64,000 bases of DNA. Source: an uncultured Actinomycetes bacterium (GTDB taxonomy: Bacteria; Actinomycetota; UBA4738; HRBIN12). The translations under genes and the position numbers were made by a program. This document shows, one piece after another, positions 60,512 to 64,000 of the stretch. Each line of letters begins with the position of its first letter. Position 1 is the stretch's first letter. The stretch lies in the NCBI GenBank assembly GCA_963734685.1, contig CAVTIC010000006.1, positions 211,320-275,319 on the forward strand. Reading direction: 5' to 3'. The notes beneath the pieces are model-generated. The model was given only the letters and a program-made list of their open reading frames with translations. It searched no databases and had not been told where the DNA came from.

Positions 60512-61784
60512 ATGAAGCGCCCGCGCGCAAGTTCCCGGGTCTTCCTCCCGATCCTCGTCGCCTTCGCATGCTTGGTGATGGGCTCAGGCACTGCTTGGGG
60601 GGCCGCGGGGGATCTCGATCCCTCGTTCGGCGGCGATGGTGTCGCGGCGATCGTCCTCAAGACCGGCATCGCCTCGGCCGTCGCGATCCAAGATGACGGG
60701 GCAGTCGTCATCGCGGGGACGAGTGGAGGCTGGCAGAATCAGCGCTTCACGACAGCCCGCATCTTGAGCGACGGGAGTCCAGACACCTCTTTCGGCGGGG
60801 ACGGTCGCGTGTCGACAACCTTCGCGCACAGAAGCGCTGCGTCGGCGGTGGTCATACAGTCCGACGGCGCGATCGTCGTCGCTGGCCGACAAGGACACCA
60901 GATCGCCGTTGCGCGCTACCTCACCAATGGGGTACTCGATCCGTCGTTCTCGGGTGACGGCCTCTTCACGTTCAAATTCAAGAACACGTCCTCGGCCGCC
61001 ATCGACGTCGGTCTGCTTCCGAACGGTGACGTTCTGGTCGGGGCAGAAGTGTTGCGGTCGCGCGGAGTACTTCTTGGGTTGGTTGCGCTGGCTCCGGACG
61101 GAACGCTCGACGGCTCATTTGGGACGAACGGACGAAGGACTCTCTTCATCGGCAAGCAAGCTCAGAGCGCTCATGTCGGCGCCACGGCTATGAGTGACGG
61201 TGGGATCGTCGGCGCCGCGAGTACGGACTCCGGCATCGATGTCGTTCGATGGACACTGGACGGCACGCTCGACCCGGCCTTCGGGTCGGGTGGGATCGCG
61301 AGGATCCCCTTCCTGCCGGGAGGTTGCGTTCCCTCGGGACATCGCGATCGATGGATCGGGAGGTCTCGCGGTCGCGGCGACCGACTGGGGCCGGGGGTTC
61401 TCCCCCAAGGCGGCGCTCTTCCGACTTACGTCGGCCGGAGTCTTGGACACGTCCTTCTCGGGTGATGGCATCGCGCGTGGCCAAGGAGGCATCAACGTCG
61501 GCGCCGCGGTTGCGATCCAGGATGATGGAAAGATCGTCCTAGGCGGCGGGCAGTGCTGCGGTGGCGGGAGCGAAATCACCTACGCAGTGGAGCGGTTCGC
61601 GTTGGATGGCAGTCCCGACCCAACTTTCGGAGGAGACGGCACCGTCGTCACGACGGCACCAGAGACCCAGTACACCGACACTGGGGCGGCTGACGTGGCC
61701 ATTCAGCAGGACGGGAACATCGTGACGGTCGGTGCGCTTGGCTTCTCCTATGGCTTCGCGGCGGTTCGTTATCTCGCGTCCTGA
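60512..61784 (+). pseudogene. Secreted delta-60 repeat (beta-propeller, LDPSFGGDG repeats) protein with a frame change near 61310-61330
   Basis: Signal MKRPRASSRVFLPILVAFACLVMGSGTAWG. Repeated DxSFGGDGxV...IQxDGxIV units. The two halves are in ORFs 60080..61465 and 61194..61784. Confidence 0.6.
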
Positions 61785-61834
61785 AGAACGATGCGGGCGG
61801 GAGGGTGCATCACTTTGCACAACACAGCAACGCT

Positions 61835-61950
61835 CGCACCCGCGGAAACGGTCGCAACCCCCGGCAACCATCGCACCCCCGGAAACGTTCGCACCTCTTA
61901 AACGGTCCCACCCCCAGCAACTGTCGCACCGACCCCCAACGAATTGCAGG
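61835..61950. repeat. About six degenerate tandem copies of an 18-20-bp unit (CGCACCCCCGGNAACNNTCG-like)
   Basis: Read directly: ...caacgctcgcacccgcggaaacggtcgcaacccccggcaaccatcgcacccccggaaacgttcgcacctcttaaacggtcccacccccagcaactgtcgcaccgaccccc... Confidence 0.4.
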
Positions 61951-62777
61951 CTCGGATGGCATGGTTGGCCGTGGAGTCGGACCTCAGGGCAACCTGCACC
62001 ATCAATGGCGGGCGCTGGCTTCCCGGCTCTGCACCGCCGCTAACCGATTCGACTTCTTGGGCTCACGGGACCTGTTTGCCTACCTGCGGGTTCGTCGCCG
62101 GGAGACCGCCGCAGTCTTCTTGCTGCCACTCTTGCTGCCAGTTACTCGTCCCCGCTGCCGTTCAGTACCGACGCGACTAGCACCGCCGACGGTGACGTGG
62201 CCGGTAGCGGGCGATGATCCACCACGACCCGACCACCCAGACGACGACGACGACGACCTGACCCGATACCCTCGCCGAGGTCGAGACCGAAGCCATCCGG
62301 CTGATGTCCGTGGCCGCCGACGGGGACAAGGTGTTCCGCGAGACGGGCATCCGCGACCCTCGGACGCAAGCAGCCGAGTCGAAGGCCAAGCGCGAGCTTG
62401 CGGCCCTCAACCCCCAGCTCGACGCCATGCATCGCGAGACCGAGCATCGTAAGACCGACAGGCTCAACCGCGTCGGCGCGCAGGCGTTGGAAGTCAAGAC
62501 TGCGACTTCCGATACGTGATCCCGTCAGGTTTCGTGGCCTGCACCCCGAGCTACTACGAAGAGACGGGAAGGAAGTCGTGCGATGCGCGCAACCTCTTCG
62601 AGAGTTGATCGCATGGCGGGGGTTGTCGAGGACGTGGGCCTCAAGCGGACGTAGGTAGCCTCGGCCGCGTGTTCAATCACCATGCCCAGGGGTCGTGGAT
62701 CCTGCATGTACGACAGCGCTCCGTGGAGGATGGCTGAACTCCGCTTTGATAGCTGAAGCCGTGGGGGTACGTTGGCG

Positions 62778-64000
62778 ATGATGAGGCGTCGCGCCGTCCT
62801 AGCTATCGCCCTGCTCGCGCCCTTCTTGATCGCCCTACCTTCTCTGCGGGCTGGCGCATCCCCTGGAGCCCTCGATCGCTCCTTCGGGGGCGACGGCAAG
62901 GTCACCACGAACGGATCGTTCGGCACGGCCAAGGGCGTTGCGATCCAGCAAGACGGGAGGATCGTTGCCGTCGGAGGTACGAGCGACTCCCTGAGGTTCG
63001 CGCTGGCCCGCTACAACCGGGATGGAACCCTCGATCCCTCGTTCGGCGGTGATGGCAAGGTCTCGACGGACTTCACGCCGCTCGATTTTGACGAGGCGGA
63101 TGACGTCGTCGTCCAGGCGGACGAGTCTCTGGTGGTCCTCGGCAGTTCTGGGTTCTTCGCGGGGTCCAACTCGGTGCTCACGCTGGCTCGATACCTGCCG
63201 GACGGGAGTCTCGATCCCGCCTTCGGGGACGGCGGAGCGGTCACCATCGACTTCAACGCCGATCCTGAGGTCACGGAGTTCGCCGCCGGGGTTGCGATCG
63301 ATGCCGAGGGCAGGATCGTCGCGGGTGGGAGCGTCAACGCGACGAGGTTCGCGGTTGCCCGCTTCGACAGCGACGGGAACCCGGACGGTTCGTTCAGCGG
63401 CGATGGCATGGTCACGACCAAGATCGCGCCGGGGAGGGAGGAGGCGTCGGATCTCGCCATCCAGGCCGACGGGCGCATCGTGGTCGTGGGTGACGTCCGC
63501 CTGCAACGATTCGCGCTGGTCCGTTACACGGACGGAGGGGAGCTCGACCCGAGCTTCGGCGGCGACGGTACGATCACGACGAACCTCGGCCGGGGCGGCG
63601 CAGATGCGCGCGGGATCGCCATCCAGGGGAACGGGAAGATCGTGGCCGCGGGGACCGCCAAGGGGAAGTTCGCGCTCGCCCGGTACAACGAGGACGGGAC
63701 GCTCGACCCGTCGTTCAGCGAGAATGGAACGGTCAAGACCAACTTCACCCATCGGGGCGAGGGGGCGTTAGATGTGGCCCTCGATCCCGACGGCAGGCTT
63801 GTCGCAGCCGGTGGGCGCTTCGTTGGGCCAGGGTTCGACCTCGCCAGGTATCGACGCAACGGGAGGTTGGACCCCTCGTTCGGTGATCACGGGAAGGTGA
63901 CGACGGAGTTCGGCCCGCTTGGGGCGGTCGCCTGGGAAGTCGCGATTCAAGGCGACGGGCGCATCGTTGCGGCGGGAGTCGAGTTCGTACAAAAGGCTAC
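62778..64000 (+). CDS. Secreted delta-60 repeat (beta-propeller) protein, 3' end beyond window
   Basis: MMRRRAVLAIALLAPFLIALPSLRAGASP signal, then at least 8 LDPSFGGDGKV...IQxDGRIVAxG repeats in one frame open to the window end. It is absent from the ORF track because it is unterminated. Confidence 0.7.
   Translation, partial: MMRRRAVLAIALLAPFLIALPSLRAGASPGALDRSFGGDGKVTTNGSFGTAKGVAIQQDGRIVAVGGTSDSLRFALARYNRDGTLDPSFGGDGKVSTDFTPLDFDEADDVVVQADESLVVLGSSGFFAGSNSVLTLARYLPDGSLDPAFGDGGAVTIDFNADPEVTEFAAGVAIDAEGRIVAGGSVNATRFAVARFDSDGNPDGSFSGDGMVTTKIAPGREEASDLAIQADGRIVVVGDVRLQRFALVRYTDGGELDPSFGGDGTITTNLGRGGADARGIAIQGNGKIVAAGTAKGKFALARYNEDGTLDPSFSENGTVKTNFTHRGEGALDVALDPDGRLVAAGGRFVGPGFDLARYRRNGRLDPSFGDHGKVTTEFGPLGAVAWEVAIQGDGRIVAAGVEFVQKA

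Noticed and set aside
63022-63771. 249-aa plus-strand ORF and several minus-strand ORFs over 62.8-64 kb
   Set aside because: Out of frame or antisense to the delta-60 repeat protein, whose LDPSFGGDG repeats identify the true frame.
1-64000. CRISPR arrays, rRNA genes, additional tRNAs
   Set aside because: No regularly spaced 25-40-bp direct repeats were seen. The only TTCGAAT T-loop signatures are the tRNA-Leu and its two fragments. No rRNA-like conserved stretches.

Overview
This is a high-GC (about 70%) actinobacterial chromosomal segment. Gene content and synteny resemble the Mycobacterium/Corynebacteriales cysO-cysM-murI-rph-rdgB region. Conserved core genes are interleaved with accessory and decaying DNA.

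Core genes: lon; an InhA-type fabI; selD; the CysO sulfur-carrier system (mec+ JAMM protease, MoeB-like E1, CysO-like carrier ending GG-CGC) with cysM 12 kb away; murI; an MBL-fold hydrolase; rph; rdgB; three ABC exporters; an MFS transporter; and two sensor kinases.

Accessory or unusual content: a CsoR/RcnR-family repressor with its palindromic operator upstream of lon; an OmpR-type two-component system next to two tandem CusA-like RND genes that are each broken by many frameshifts; a three-member lipoprotein paralog family tied to exporter operons; a tRNA-Leu(UAG) gene flanked by two degenerate copies of its 3' half (islet remnants carrying an ECF sigma/anti-sigma pair and a MocR/MBL pair); a class III cyclase-STAND ATPase; a serine recombinase; a broken IS3 OrfA; delta-60 repeat secreted proteins; and short tandem repeats.

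No rRNA genes or CRISPR arrays were seen. Apparent frameshifts in at least nine genes (selD, two RND genes, a small efflux lipoprotein, two MacB-like ABC genes, a delta-60 protein, IS3 orfA) are either real gene decay or homopolymer sequencing errors and need read-level checking. Coordinates are derived from the ORF track plus amino-acid offsets; start codons are best guesses.
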